From an uncultured Verrucomicrobiales bacterium (lineage in GTDB: Bacteria; Verrucomicrobiota; Verrucomicrobiia; Verrucomicrobiales; DEV007): 64,000 nucleotides of DNA. The DNA is taken from the NCBI GenBank assembly GCA_938091905.1, contig CALKOM010000053.1:31900-95899 (forward strand), read 5' to 3'. The notes under the pieces are model-generated. The model did no database searches. It saw only the letters and a list, made by a program, of their open reading frames with translations, and was not told where the DNA came from. A program made the translations under genes and the position numbers. Positions within the stretch are counted from its first letter, which is position 1; every line of letters begins with the position of its first letter. Below are positions 18,695 through 28,180 of this stretch, one piece after another.

Positions 18695-19657
18695 ATGGCG
18701 AAGTCTTCGAAGGTAAGAGTGGGGATCGATCTAGGAGGTACGAAGATGTATGCTGTGGTCCTGGATGAGAAAGGTGAAGTCTTGGGTTCAGCCCGGAATC
18801 CGAGTCTAGGGCATGAAGGTTCGCGAAAAGGCATGGAACGCCTGGTCACTACAGCTCAGGAAGCCTTGGCGTCCGCAAAGGCCGAAGATAGCAAGCTGGC
18901 TGGTGTTGGGATTGGTTGCCCTGGCGTGGTCGATCTTGATAAGGGCGTCCTTAAGACGGCCCCAAATCTTGGGTGGTCTGACGTGCCCGTTCGCAAGGTG
19001 CTTAGCAAAGCGTTGGATTGTCCCGTGACTGTTCTCAATGACGTCGATGCCGGGACCTACGGCGAGTTCCGGTTTGGGGCGGGAGAGGGGACGTCCTCAC
19101 TACTCGGGGTTTTTCCCGGGACGGGCCTGGGAGGAGGGTTCGTTTATCGCGGCCAGATTCTGCATGGCAGGCGGTACAGTTGTATGGAGTTGGGCGACCT
19201 GCGTGTGGGAGGATCGACCTTGCTTCGTGGTGGGGATGAGTGGCCGACCTTGGAAGATCTTACCAGCCGGCTTGCAATTTCTTCGGCCATCACGGTTGAG
19301 GCTTACCGTGGCAAGGCGGCCTCGATGGTTGGATTGCCTATCAATATGATTAAAAGTAAGATGATCTTAAACTCGGTCGCGACGGATGAAGAGGCCGTGA
19401 CCCAGATACTTGATCAGGCGATCCATGTGCTAGGTAGCGGCTTGGCAGGAGTGGTCAGCTTACTTGGTCCCGACATGATTGTTTTAGGGGGGGGGTTGGT
19501 AGAGAAGTTCCCCGAGCGTTACACGTCGGCCTTGAAGAAGCGACTTAAGCAACTCGTGACGCCAGAGCTGACTGAAGATCTCAGGATTCGCCCCGCGAAG
19601 TTAGGTGACGATGCCGGCGCCCTTGGTGCGGCGGCATATATAGAAGTAGAACAGTGA
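18695..19657 (+). CDS. ROK family sugar kinase-like protein lacking the Zn motif
   Basis: GIDLGGTK, GIGCPG, NDVDAG, GTGLGGG, VLGGG, LGDDAGALGAA. Confidence 0.88.
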   Translation: MAKSSKVRVGIDLGGTKMYAVVLDEKGEVLGSARNPSLGHEGSRKGMERLVTTAQEALASAKAEDSKLAGVGIGCPGVVDLDKGVLKTAPNLGWSDVPVRKVLSKALDCPVTVLNDVDAGTYGEFRFGAGEGTSSLLGVFPGTGLGGGFVYRGQILHGRRYSCMELGDLRVGGSTLLRGGDEWPTLEDLTSRLAISSAITVEAYRGKAASMVGLPINMIKSKMILNSVATDEEAVTQILDQAIHVLGSGLAGVVSLLGPDMIVLGGGLVEKFPERYTSALKKRLKQLVTPELTEDLRIRPAKLGDDAGALGAAAYIEVEQ

Positions 19658-19663
19658 AGCGTC

Positions 19664-21256
19664 ATGAATCCGGAATTAGGAGACACGGGCCAAGCGGGCG
19701 GAGGTAGTATCGGTGCCTCGCTTAAGCAGCGGGCTATGATCAACATCGGGCCGAGCGCGGTCAGTATGATTGTTTTCGAGGCAGAAGATGAAGCGAATAC
19801 GCCTATCGAGTTGTTGGAAATGCTAGAGCAGCCGCTGCCACTGGCTGCGGATATCTTCCGTGATGGTCTACTTTCACGGGGAACCATTGAACGTTGCGTG
19901 AGGATTTTTAATCGCTTTCAGGCGACGCTGAGCGAGTATGGATTGCGCGGCGGTAATCGGGTTGAGGCGGTGACGACGAATTTGCTCTCGGAGGCAGACA
20001 ATGCCGAGCTCCTACTCGACCGATTGCAGGTTGCCTCTGGGGTTGAAGCTCGTTCTTTGGATGACGGAGACATGACTCGTTTGGTGTATTTGTTTGTCGC
20101 ACGCATTTTAAAGGAGCAGCCAGCATTGAATAAATCGAGGGTGCTCGCCATTCATGTGGGGCCAGGAAATACGCGGCTCATGTTGTTCAAAAAAGGACGT
20201 ATTGTTCAATACAATAGTTACCGCATGGGAGCCTATCGGGTCGCAGATGCCGTCGAGAAAATGGGTTCTGGTTCTGACAATCTGCTCAGTGACATTAAGG
20301 CTCACGTGAATGGAAGCATTGAGCAGATCGTCGGAGCCTATGCGAATGAGCCGATCGATGAGGTGCTAGCTATTGGGCATGAGATTCAACCGGTGGCGAC
20401 GACGCTCGCCAAAGACGAGGAGCCACTTATGAAAGTGGACCGCAAGAAGCTTAGTCGCCTTGCCAAACAGCTGAGCGTGAGTAAGGAGAAACAACTTGCG
20501 GAGACTTATGAGGTGAATGTTTATGCCACCCGTCCCTTGCTCGCTGGCGTCGTTTGTAACCTTGAAGTGGCCGGGAAGTTTGGCTTATCAGCGTTGCACG
20601 TGCCAACCGGGCGCTTCGAAGAGCGCTTCTTGACAGGACTTGCGGGAAGCGACTTTGCCGCGAAGCGTTTTGTCCATGAAGTCATTGGCTCCGCCAAAGC
20701 GCTCGCGAGAAAGTATGCGGTGGACAAAGATCACGGCCGCCACGTGGCCGCCCTTGCTGTAAAGCTGTTTGATGAATTGGTTGAATTGACGGCATTGTCT
20801 CCTCAGGATCGCCTCTTGTTAGAAGTGGCTGGAATTGTGCATGAGGTAGGTGGTTTTATTAGTCGGCGTAGTCATCACAAGCACTCGTTTTACATTATCA
20901 AAAACAGTGAGATTTTTGGATTGAATGACGAAGAGATTACGCTGGTTGCGTTGATCTCTCGCTACCATCGTCATGGATTGCCCGAGGCAACGCATCTCTT
21001 TGTTCGTGATCTCACGCGAGAAGGTAGAATTCGAGTAAGCAAGCTTGCGGCTTTGCTGCGGGTCGCTGACGCCTTGGATCGTGGTCACCAGCAACAGCTT
21101 CAGATCCAACATGCGCGAGTGAAGAAGGACCAGCTTCGTATCCTAGTTGGAGATATAGTTAATGTTAGTGTTAGTGTTGAGGGGCTGGCAATGCGGGCGA
21201 AAGGGGACTTGTTTGAACAGGTCTTCGGTCTCGAAGTCGTGTTAGAGACCGGGTAG
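19664..21256 (+). CDS. Ppx/GppA phosphatase family protein with C-terminal HD-like domain (atypical motifs)
   Basis: ASKHA-type layout, H...V..LA..LFDEL, HEVG.FIS..SHHKHS.YII, LRVADALDR. Confidence 0.85.
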   Translation: MNPELGDTGQAGGGSIGASLKQRAMINIGPSAVSMIVFEAEDEANTPIELLEMLEQPLPLAADIFRDGLLSRGTIERCVRIFNRFQATLSEYGLRGGNRVEAVTTNLLSEADNAELLLDRLQVASGVEARSLDDGDMTRLVYLFVARILKEQPALNKSRVLAIHVGPGNTRLMLFKKGRIVQYNSYRMGAYRVADAVEKMGSGSDNLLSDIKAHVNGSIEQIVGAYANEPIDEVLAIGHEIQPVATTLAKDEEPLMKVDRKKLSRLAKQLSVSKEKQLAETYEVNVYATRPLLAGVVCNLEVAGKFGLSALHVPTGRFEERFLTGLAGSDFAAKRFVHEVIGSAKALARKYAVDKDHGRHVAALAVKLFDELVELTALSPQDRLLLEVAGIVHEVGGFISRRSHHKHSFYIIKNSEIFGLNDEEITLVALISRYHRHGLPEATHLFVRDLTREGRIRVSKLAALLRVADALDRGHQQQLQIQHARVKKDQLRILVGDIVNVSVSVEGLAMRAKGDLFEQVFGLEVVLETG

Positions 21257-21303
21257 GCCTGGATATCGCTTGCCAAGGGGATGGGCAGCCTCTTGGTTCC
21301 CGC

Positions 21304-21714
21304 ATGGAAGTTCTCGTTGCCACACTTTGCGATTCCGCCAATGACTACAATGGAAAGTTGTGCATGCTTGGCTGTTTTGACACGATTTGTGCAGGGAAGA
21401 TGCCGGTAGTTCATCCTCAGTGCTCCCTGGCCTTGAGGATCTGTTTCCGTCCGGAAGATGAAGGGGAGCACCAATTCCGCATCGCTTTTATCGATGACGA
21501 TGGCAACGCCGTCATGCCGCCCTTCGAGCCGAAGATCCAAGTGAATTTCCCCACGGATAACTACTTCATCACGCGCAATCTTGTGCTGAACATTCAGAGG
21601 CTCCAGTTTAAGGCTCCTGGCCAGTATTCGATCGATATTCAATCAAGCGATGCGATGCTGACCCGCATTCCGTTACGTGTCATGCTGAATGAGCCAAAGT
21701 CGACAAGTGCGTGA
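21304..21714 (+). CDS. Conserved hypothetical beta-sandwich protein (DUF6941-like)
   Basis: LCDSA...GKLCMLGCFDTI...F.APGQYSIDI pattern. Confidence 0.65.
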   Translation: MEVLVATLCDSANDYNGKLCMLGCFDTICAGKMPVVHPQCSLALRICFRPEDEGEHQFRIAFIDDDGNAVMPPFEPKIQVNFPTDNYFITRNLVLNIQRLQFKAPGQYSIDIQSSDAMLTRIPLRVMLNEPKSTSA

Positions 21715-21769
21715 GTTTTGACAAATCCGGCGAACCGGGGGATGTTGCAGGACACCCAGATCCTTGACC

Positions 21770-22441
21770 ATGCGACTTACCACCCTAACTTTCAGCAGTC
21801 TGCTGCTCGTTAGCCTCGTGCTAACTGGCTGCTTCCCAGAGCAGATTGCAGCGGCGAATCCCGAAAAAAAGACGAAAGAAGTGAAGACGGAGGCTCCAAA
21901 GGTCAAACAAGGCCGTGAACTAGCGACCTTTGGCGCTGGTTGTTTCTGGTGCATCGAGGCTGCTTTGGACCAACTCGAAGGCGTCGACGCTTGCGTGTCT
22001 GGTTACATGGGAGGCAAGACTGAGAACCCAACTTACAAAGACATCTGTCGCGGAGATACCGGGCACGCTGAAGTGGTGCAAGTCCTCTTTGATCCCAAGA
22101 AAGTGAGCTATGACAAGTTGCTGAGCTATTTCTGGAAAGTTCATGATCCCACAACATTAAACCGTCAGGGGAACGATATTGGAACGCAGTATCGTTCGGC
22201 AATCTTCTATCATTCGGACGAACAGAAGGCGAAAGCCGAGGCCCAGATTAAGAAAGTGAACGAGTCCAAGGTGTTCAAGGATCCTGTCGTGACAGAAGTT
22301 TCAAAAGTGGAAAAGTTCTATCCTGCGGAAGATTACCATCAGAACTACTACGAGCAGAATAAGAACAATCCGAACGGTAATATTGGTTACTGCCGCTACA
22401 TGATTGCTCCCAAGCTCGAGAAGTTAGGCTTGGAAAAATAG
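21770..22441 (+). CDS. msrA: Peptide-methionine (S)-S-oxide reductase, lipoprotein
   Basis: GAGCFWC, TGHAEVV, HDPTTLNRQGND.GTQYRSAIF, AEDYHQNY; lipobox VLTGC. Confidence 0.96.
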   Translation: MRLTTLTFSSLLLVSLVLTGCFPEQIAAANPEKKTKEVKTEAPKVKQGRELATFGAGCFWCIEAALDQLEGVDACVSGYMGGKTENPTYKDICRGDTGHAEVVQVLFDPKKVSYDKLLSYFWKVHDPTTLNRQGNDIGTQYRSAIFYHSDEQKAKAEAQIKKVNESKVFKDPVVTEVSKVEKFYPAEDYHQNYYEQNKNNPNGNIGYCRYMIAPKLEKLGLEK

Positions 22442-22442
22442 A

Positions 22443-23849
22443 ATGGTGGGCATCATGCCCCGCCGACTTGATCTGATTCCGCTACCCGCAAGCATCCAAT
22501 GGCTTGGGGGGAGCGAGCTTCCAATCGCCATAGGTAGTTCGCCAGTCTGTAGGGAAACGTTGACTGAGGAAGGTTTTGCGCCTGAAGGTTACGCGCTCCG
22601 TATTACTTGTGAGGGTGCTAGCGTAAAGGCGTCAACTGCTCTGGGGCTCGCTCATGGCCGCCAGACGTGGCTGCAGTTAGTCGCTCAGGCTGAGCGTGAA
22701 GGAAACGGCTTGCCTAACATCGTCATCGAGGATGAGCCGCGCTTTCCCTGGCGTGGTGGACACTTGGATGTTTGTCGGCATTTCTTTCCGTTGGAAACCG
22801 TGAAGCGCTACATCGATTGGTTGGCCTGGTATAAGTTCAATGTGTTTCACTGGCACCTCACGGAAGATCAGGGTTGGCGGCTTGAAATTGAGAAGTATCC
22901 TCGGCTCACGGAGATCGGGGCTTGGCGAGACGATGGGGATGGTGGGCGCTATGGAGGATTCTACACTCAGGACGAAGTTCGTGAGATTGTGAGCTATGCG
23001 GCCGAGCGAAACATCACGGTGGTGCCAGAGATAGAACTTCCAGGGCACGCCATGGCCGCTCTTGCAGCGTACCCGGATCTCGGTTGCGCTGGGAGGGAGA
23101 TCCAGGTGGAAACCAGTTGGGGAATCTTTGAGGATGTCTTCTGTCCAGGAAAAGAGAGAGTGTTTGCATTTTTTGAGGGAGTGCTAGACGAAGTCTGCGC
23201 TATCTTTCCTTCGGTCTATATTCATATTGGTGGCGATGAATGCCCGAAGACGGCCTGGAATGCCTGTCCCGATTGTCAAAAGAGAATGGCGGATGAGGGG
23301 CTCGGTGATGCGGAGGAGTTGCAAAGCTACGTCGTCCGTCGAGTCGAGAGTTATTTGTTGGGCAGGGGGCGACGACTCATCGGCTGGGATGAGATTCTCG
23401 AAGGTGGTTTGGCGCCAGAGGCCACGGTGATGTCGTGGCGGGGCGAGGAGGGCGGGATCACTGCCACACGAGCAGGGCATGACGTCATCATGTGCCCGAA
23501 TAGCCATTGTTATCTTGATCACAAGCAAATTGACGATCCTAACGAAACTGTGGGGCAGCCAGATGAAGTGTGTACTCTGGCAAATGCCTATTCTTATGAA
23601 CCGTTGCCAAAAGGATTGGAGGGGGTGAATGAAGCTCGAATTCTTGGAAGTCAAGCGAACATCTGGACTGAGTACATTCGTGATACTCGAGAACTAGAAT
23701 ATGCGGCCTTCCCTCGATTGTGTGCGTTGGCGGAAGTCTTCTGGTCGCCGTCCGGAAAGCGGGATTTGGAAAGTCTGCGGAAGCGTTTGGCAGGCCATGT
23801 GTCAATGTTGGAAAATGACGGCGTTCGCTGTTGTAAGAAAGATCTTTGA
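22443..23849 (+). CDS. Beta-N-acetylhexosaminidase (GH20), no obvious signal peptide
   Basis: DVCRHF, FHWHLTEDQGWR, PEIELPGH, HIGGDE catalytic motif, WTEY. Confidence 0.94.
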   Translation: MVGIMPRRLDLIPLPASIQWLGGSELPIAIGSSPVCRETLTEEGFAPEGYALRITCEGASVKASTALGLAHGRQTWLQLVAQAEREGNGLPNIVIEDEPRFPWRGGHLDVCRHFFPLETVKRYIDWLAWYKFNVFHWHLTEDQGWRLEIEKYPRLTEIGAWRDDGDGGRYGGFYTQDEVREIVSYAAERNITVVPEIELPGHAMAALAAYPDLGCAGREIQVETSWGIFEDVFCPGKERVFAFFEGVLDEVCAIFPSVYIHIGGDECPKTAWNACPDCQKRMADEGLGDAEELQSYVVRRVESYLLGRGRRLIGWDEILEGGLAPEATVMSWRGEEGGITATRAGHDVIMCPNSHCYLDHKQIDDPNETVGQPDEVCTLANAYSYEPLPKGLEGVNEARILGSQANIWTEYIRDTRELEYAAFPRLCALAEVFWSPSGKRDLESLRKRLAGHVSMLENDGVRCCKKDL

Positions 23850-23913
23850 ATCTTGAGTTGCGTTGGAATGCTTCCTGCTTTTCCAGGGGGCAGAAAGTTG
23901 ATCCATCATACGC

Positions 23914-24252
23914 ATGTCTCTAAAAGCCAATCCCACCAGCAAGTCTTCGAAGTCGTCAGCCAATGCCGGTCGCCGTCGCATCTGTTTTGAGGTGGACGCT
24001 GAACCGGGTAGCCAGGTCAGTGTAGCCGGTAGCTTTAATTCCTGGAATCCAGAAGCGCACGTTTTACGTCCAGCCGCCGCTGCTGGGCATTTCAAGCGGA
24101 TCGTTTATCTCGAGCCTGGTGATTACGAGTATAAGTTTGTCATCGATGGCAACTGGAGTGCAGACCCCAATTGTCCTTCCTTCGCTGCCAACACCTTTGG
24201 GACGCTAAATAGTGTGCTTGAAGTTTTTCCTGCTAAGACTGGCAAGAGCTAG
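23914..24252 (+). CDS. Glycogen-binding domain protein (CBM48/AMPK-CBM type)
   Basis: VSVAGSFNSW, LEPGDYEYKFVIDGNW..DP, FGTLNSVL. Confidence 0.9.
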   Translation: MSLKANPTSKSSKSSANAGRRRICFEVDAEPGSQVSVAGSFNSWNPEAHVLRPAAAAGHFKRIVYLEPGDYEYKFVIDGNWSADPNCPSFAANTFGTLNSVLEVFPAKTGKS

Positions 24253-24310
24253 AGGCGTTGCCTCCGGAATGCTGGTTGCCAGCGGGGAGACCATTTGATA
24301 GCCCTTAGGG

Positions 24311-25819
24311 GTGAAGAATCCGCGCATCCTCATCGTTACGCCTGAGATTACCTACCTGCCAGCCGGAATGGGGAATTTGGCTCAGCGCATGACGGCCAAA
24401 GCGGGAGGCTTGGCGGACGTCTCTGCTTCCCTAGTGGCAGCGCTCTTTGACCTTGGTGCGGATGTGCATGTGGCCCTACCTAACTACCGGCAGATGTTCA
24501 ACATGGATGTCTTCAACCTGGTCAACAAGGAGCTACGTCTCTACCACGGGAAGCTGCCTGCCGATCGTATCCACCTCGCTGAAGACCGGATCTTCTATTA
24601 TCGGGATAAAGTCTACAGCTCCTATGAGGAAGACAACACGCGCATTGCCCTAATATTCCAGCGGGAAATCATCAATAACATCATCCACCATGTGCAGCCC
24701 GATCTCATCCACTGCAATGACTGGATGACAGGATTGATTCCGGCGATGGCGCGTCGATTGGGAATTCCGTGTCTCTTTACGATTCACAACATTCACTCGG
24801 AGCACGTCACTCTGGCGCAAGCCGAAGAGACTGGAATTGATGCGGCCGAGTTCTGGGAGGGCTTGTATTATGATGAGCCTCCAGGCTCCTATGAGCATGC
24901 GCGGACGAAAGTGCCCGTAGATCTGCTTACAAGCGCAATCTTTGCCTCGCATTATATCAATTCTGTCAGTCCTAGCTTCCTTCATGAAGTCGCTGAGGGC
25001 CGCCATGGCTTCGTGCCGCCCCCGGTGCAGCGTGAGATGGCGAACAAGCTGCATGCGGGATGTGCCCTGGGTATCCTCAATGCTCCTGACGAAACCTACG
25101 ATGCGGCCAAGGACCAGGCGCTCGTGGAGAACTACACTGCCCAGACGCATGTGGCAGGCAAGCGAGCTAATAAAATTGAATTCCAGAAACTGTTGGGATT
25201 GGAGTCAAACCCCGATGCTCCACTGTTCTTCTGGCCGTCTCGTCTTGACCCGATGCAGAAGGGCTGTGAATTGCTAACGGATATTCTATTTCAGCTGGTT
25301 GACGACTATGGGAGCGAGCATTTGCAGGTTGCTGTGGTTGCCAATGGTCAACATCAGGTTCATTTCCACGAGGTCGTCGGCATGCATCATTTGGAAGGGC
25401 AGGTGTCCCTTGTAGACTTCGATGAGCAACTCTCACGTATGGGTCATGCCGCTTCTGATTTTATGTTGATGCCGTCTCGTTTCGAACCGTGCGGTTTACC
25501 ACAAATGGTCAGTGCCCTCTACGGGACGCTTCCCATCGTTCATGCTACGGGTGGTCTTCGGGACACCATTTCGCCGATCGATGTGGATGCCAACACGGGA
25601 AATGGTTTTGCCTTCGATGTCTACGATCAAGAGGGCTTCCGTTGGGCGATCGACCAAGCTATGCGCTTCTACCGTCGTCCAGCCAACGAACGTGCAGTGC
25701 AGATCACACGCGTCATGGAAGATGCCAAGGAGCACTTTAATCACGAAGCGACAGCTAAAGCCTACTTTGAAATCTATGAGAAGATGCTGCAGCGACCTCT
25801 CACAAGTAAAGGGGCTTAA
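24311..25819 (+). CDS. glgA: Glycogen/starch synthase (GT5)
   Basis: KAGGLAD, HCNDW, FTIHN, QKG, PSRFEPCGLPQM, TGGLRDT. Confidence 0.93.
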   Translation: MKNPRILIVTPEITYLPAGMGNLAQRMTAKAGGLADVSASLVAALFDLGADVHVALPNYRQMFNMDVFNLVNKELRLYHGKLPADRIHLAEDRIFYYRDKVYSSYEEDNTRIALIFQREIINNIIHHVQPDLIHCNDWMTGLIPAMARRLGIPCLFTIHNIHSEHVTLAQAEETGIDAAEFWEGLYYDEPPGSYEHARTKVPVDLLTSAIFASHYINSVSPSFLHEVAEGRHGFVPPPVQREMANKLHAGCALGILNAPDETYDAAKDQALVENYTAQTHVAGKRANKIEFQKLLGLESNPDAPLFFWPSRLDPMQKGCELLTDILFQLVDDYGSEHLQVAVVANGQHQVHFHEVVGMHHLEGQVSLVDFDEQLSRMGHAASDFMLMPSRFEPCGLPQMVSALYGTLPIVHATGGLRDTISPIDVDANTGNGFAFDVYDQEGFRWAIDQAMRFYRRPANERAVQITRVMEDAKEHFNHEATAKAYFEIYEKMLQRPLTSKGA

Positions 25820-25830
25820 GCAAAGATTAG

Positions 25831-26847
25831 TTAGACTTTGGAGTGAATTTGAACTTCCTCGATGCCAGTTGCCCTCTGGGTAAGGATGCGTGCACTGGCT
25901 TGAGGATAGAATTTAGAGAGTAGCGTGCTTGAGCTGCCCGTGGGCAGGACGCTTAATGCGGATGCTAGGGCATCTGCCATCATGCCCGAAGGTGCCGTTA
26001 CAGAAACCGTACGGCGAAACTCCAAGCCTAGACCAGTGCGTGGATCGATGAGATGGCTAAACTCGCGGTTACCGATCTTGAGTGACTGATAGAGGTCTCC
26101 TGAGGTCGCGACAGCAATGTCTGTGACAAAGCGTGATCTTGCCGCTTCGCGAGTATCAAGTTCTTGAGCAGCAATGCGCCAGCCATCACTACTTGGTGGA
26201 TGTCCGGCCGCGCGAAGATCTCCTCCACCATTGACGAGTGCTATAGTGATTCCAAGTTGCTTGAGCGTTGCCAGGGCTTCGTCGACGGCATAGCCCTTGG
26301 CGATCCCACCAAGGTCTAGCCGCATGCTTGGTCGTTTCAGTCGCGCGCGTTTGTTGCGGCTATCTAAAATCAGATTAGAATGGCCAGTGGCGTCTAGCGC
26401 TTGCCTTAGGCGGTTCTTTGTCGGTAGTTTGTTGTGGCGTCGGGAATGGCGCCATAAACGTGTTAGTGGCCCCACGGTCATGTCAAAAGCACCATCGGTC
26501 TGCTGGGATAACCGTTGCCCGAAACTGAGGACGGCTTCAAGATCTGGATGAAGGAGTTTCCAGTGACTTCTTCCGGAGGAAGCTGATAGACGTGAAACCT
26601 CGCTACTGGTCACGTAGTCACTTAGCGATGCATTGAGAGAATTGAGGCGAGTCGCGACCGTATCTAGAGCTTCCTTTGCTTGGGCTTCGCTGTGTGCATA
26701 AAGAATCGTATGGAACTTCGTCCCCATCGTCGAATGGACTCCTTCAAAGCGTGTGGTGGAATCCGCTTCGTTTCCAGAAACTCGTGAGGCAATCAGCGAG
26801 ATTCCACTGAGACAGACGAATTGTCTACGGTTCAGAGGGTGTCTCAT
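25831..26847 (-). CDS. apbE: FAD:protein FMN transferase with Tat-like signal
   Basis: NRRQFV, TMGT, DGAFDMTVGPL, LDLGGIAKGYAVD, ATSGD, SHLIDPRTG, ADALASA. Confidence 0.93.
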   Translation of the reverse strand: MRHPLNRRQFVCLSGISLIASRVSGNEADSTTRFEGVHSTMGTKFHTILYAHSEAQAKEALDTVATRLNSLNASLSDYVTSSEVSRLSASSGRSHWKLLHPDLEAVLSFGQRLSQQTDGAFDMTVGPLTRLWRHSRRHNKLPTKNRLRQALDATGHSNLILDSRNKRARLKRPSMRLDLGGIAKGYAVDEALATLKQLGITIALVNGGGDLRAAGHPPSSDGWRIAAQELDTREAARSRFVTDIAVATSGDLYQSLKIGNREFSHLIDPRTGLGLEFRRTVSVTAPSGMMADALASALSVLPTGSSSTLLSKFYPQASARILTQRATGIEEVQIHSKV

Positions 26848-28048
26848 TCAATGTGAAAGTGCCAGACATTTGCGTTCCAGGAGGCGACGCCTTTGGCAAG
26901 ATGGCAGAGAAGGTTCCCGTGGATGCCGAAGCAAAGTTCAGAATGAATTGCACCAGACTAAAGGTGTTCGCTAGCGAAGAGGGAAGGACCACTGTTGCTC
27001 GCGTGGGACTGTTCAGCGTGTAACTATAGTTCGTGACATCGCCCATCGTACCATTCTTCAACGTGACCCGTGCGAAACGATCATCTCTAATGGCGTAATT
27101 TATCCAAGTTTGCTGAGGAAAACCTCCGAAACGGGTAATTGCCGCATCTAGAGTCCTTCCACCAAGCGTCGTTGGAGGAAAGATCACGACCGGATACTTG
27201 ACTTGGGTCAGGCGAAAGAAGCCTCGGTCGTCTGCCTTGATAATAATCGTGAGATCGAATGGCGATCGTGGTGTCGTTTCGGTAACGAAAGCCACTCGCT
27301 CGCTAGTCCACTGTTGGAGATCTCGGGAGATGAATAGCTGATAGTCAGTACGTTCTTCGTAATCGATGTCTAACTGAAAATTATCGCCCCTCTTCACGAT
27401 TCTCGGCGTGATCTGTGAAGCAATTGGCAGTCCGGTAAAATCTGGTTGGAAAGCAAGTGCGTCCTCTCCCACGCGATCGATCGCAATCGATTCAATGGTG
27501 ATTGGAGCTAATGGGCGATCTGCCTGATCGGTAATTACACCCGATATGCTTGTCGCAACCTCGTCGCCGTCCACCAATCCGCCAAAGATTGTATGAACAT
27601 TGTTGAGTTCAGGAGTTGGCGTTACTGTTATGAGGAACTGGCTGCCATTGCTGTTCGGGCCACTGTTAGCCATGGCGAGGACGAATGGGCCGTCGAACGT
27701 TCGCGAAGGATGAAATTCATCCTGAAAGCTATAGCCGGGCCCGTCCAAGCCCATGCCAGTGGGTGACCCTGCCTGAATCACTGTATTCTGAATCACGCGA
27801 TGAAAGACCGTGCCATCATAGAATCCGCTGTCGATCAGTTGACCTGTTGTTGGATTGATAGCTTTCTGGGAGCCCTCTACCAGGCCAACAAAGTTCGACA
27901 CCGCGAGAGGGGCTTCTTCGGGATACAGTTCGGCCCTTAAATTTCCAGATGACGTGACGATGTCCACGAACAGTCCATCCTGCCCTGAGGCGCATGACAG
28001 AGCAAAGAGAGTGATGAGAAGGGCGACAATAAAGCAGGGAGGGCGCAT
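26825..28048 (-). CDS. Exported cyclophilin-type peptidyl-prolyl isomerase with two extra C-terminal domains
   Basis: FYDGTVFHRVI, GPGYSFQDE, LAMANSGPNSNGSQF, HTIFG; signal peptide from ATG 28048. Confidence 0.9.
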   Translation of the reverse strand: MRPPCFIVALLITLFALSCASGQDGLFVDIVTSSGNLRAELYPEEAPLAVSNFVGLVEGSQKAINPTTGQLIDSGFYDGTVFHRVIQNTVIQAGSPTGMGLDGPGYSFQDEFHPSRTFDGPFVLAMANSGPNSNGSQFLITVTPTPELNNVHTIFGGLVDGDEVATSISGVITDQADRPLAPITIESIAIDRVGEDALAFQPDFTGLPIASQITPRIVKRGDNFQLDIDYEERTDYQLFISRDLQQWTSERVAFVTETTPRSPFDLTIIIKADDRGFFRLTQVKYPVVIFPPTTLGGRTLDAAITRFGGFPQQTWINYAIRDDRFARVTLKNGTMGDVTNYSYTLNSPTRATVVLPSSLANTFSLVQFILNFASASTGTFSAILPKASPPGTQMSGTFTLNETPSEP

Positions 28049-28180
28049 GCAGAGGGGGTCAGTGTTCCTCCTACAGTGGACCATGGAAATGTAACTCGTG
28101 CAACTGGCCCACCGCGCTCCTTACGGGACTCTCTGACATTCCACGTGGCATTTCTTTCGAGCCTGAATACGGTCCCGCCC

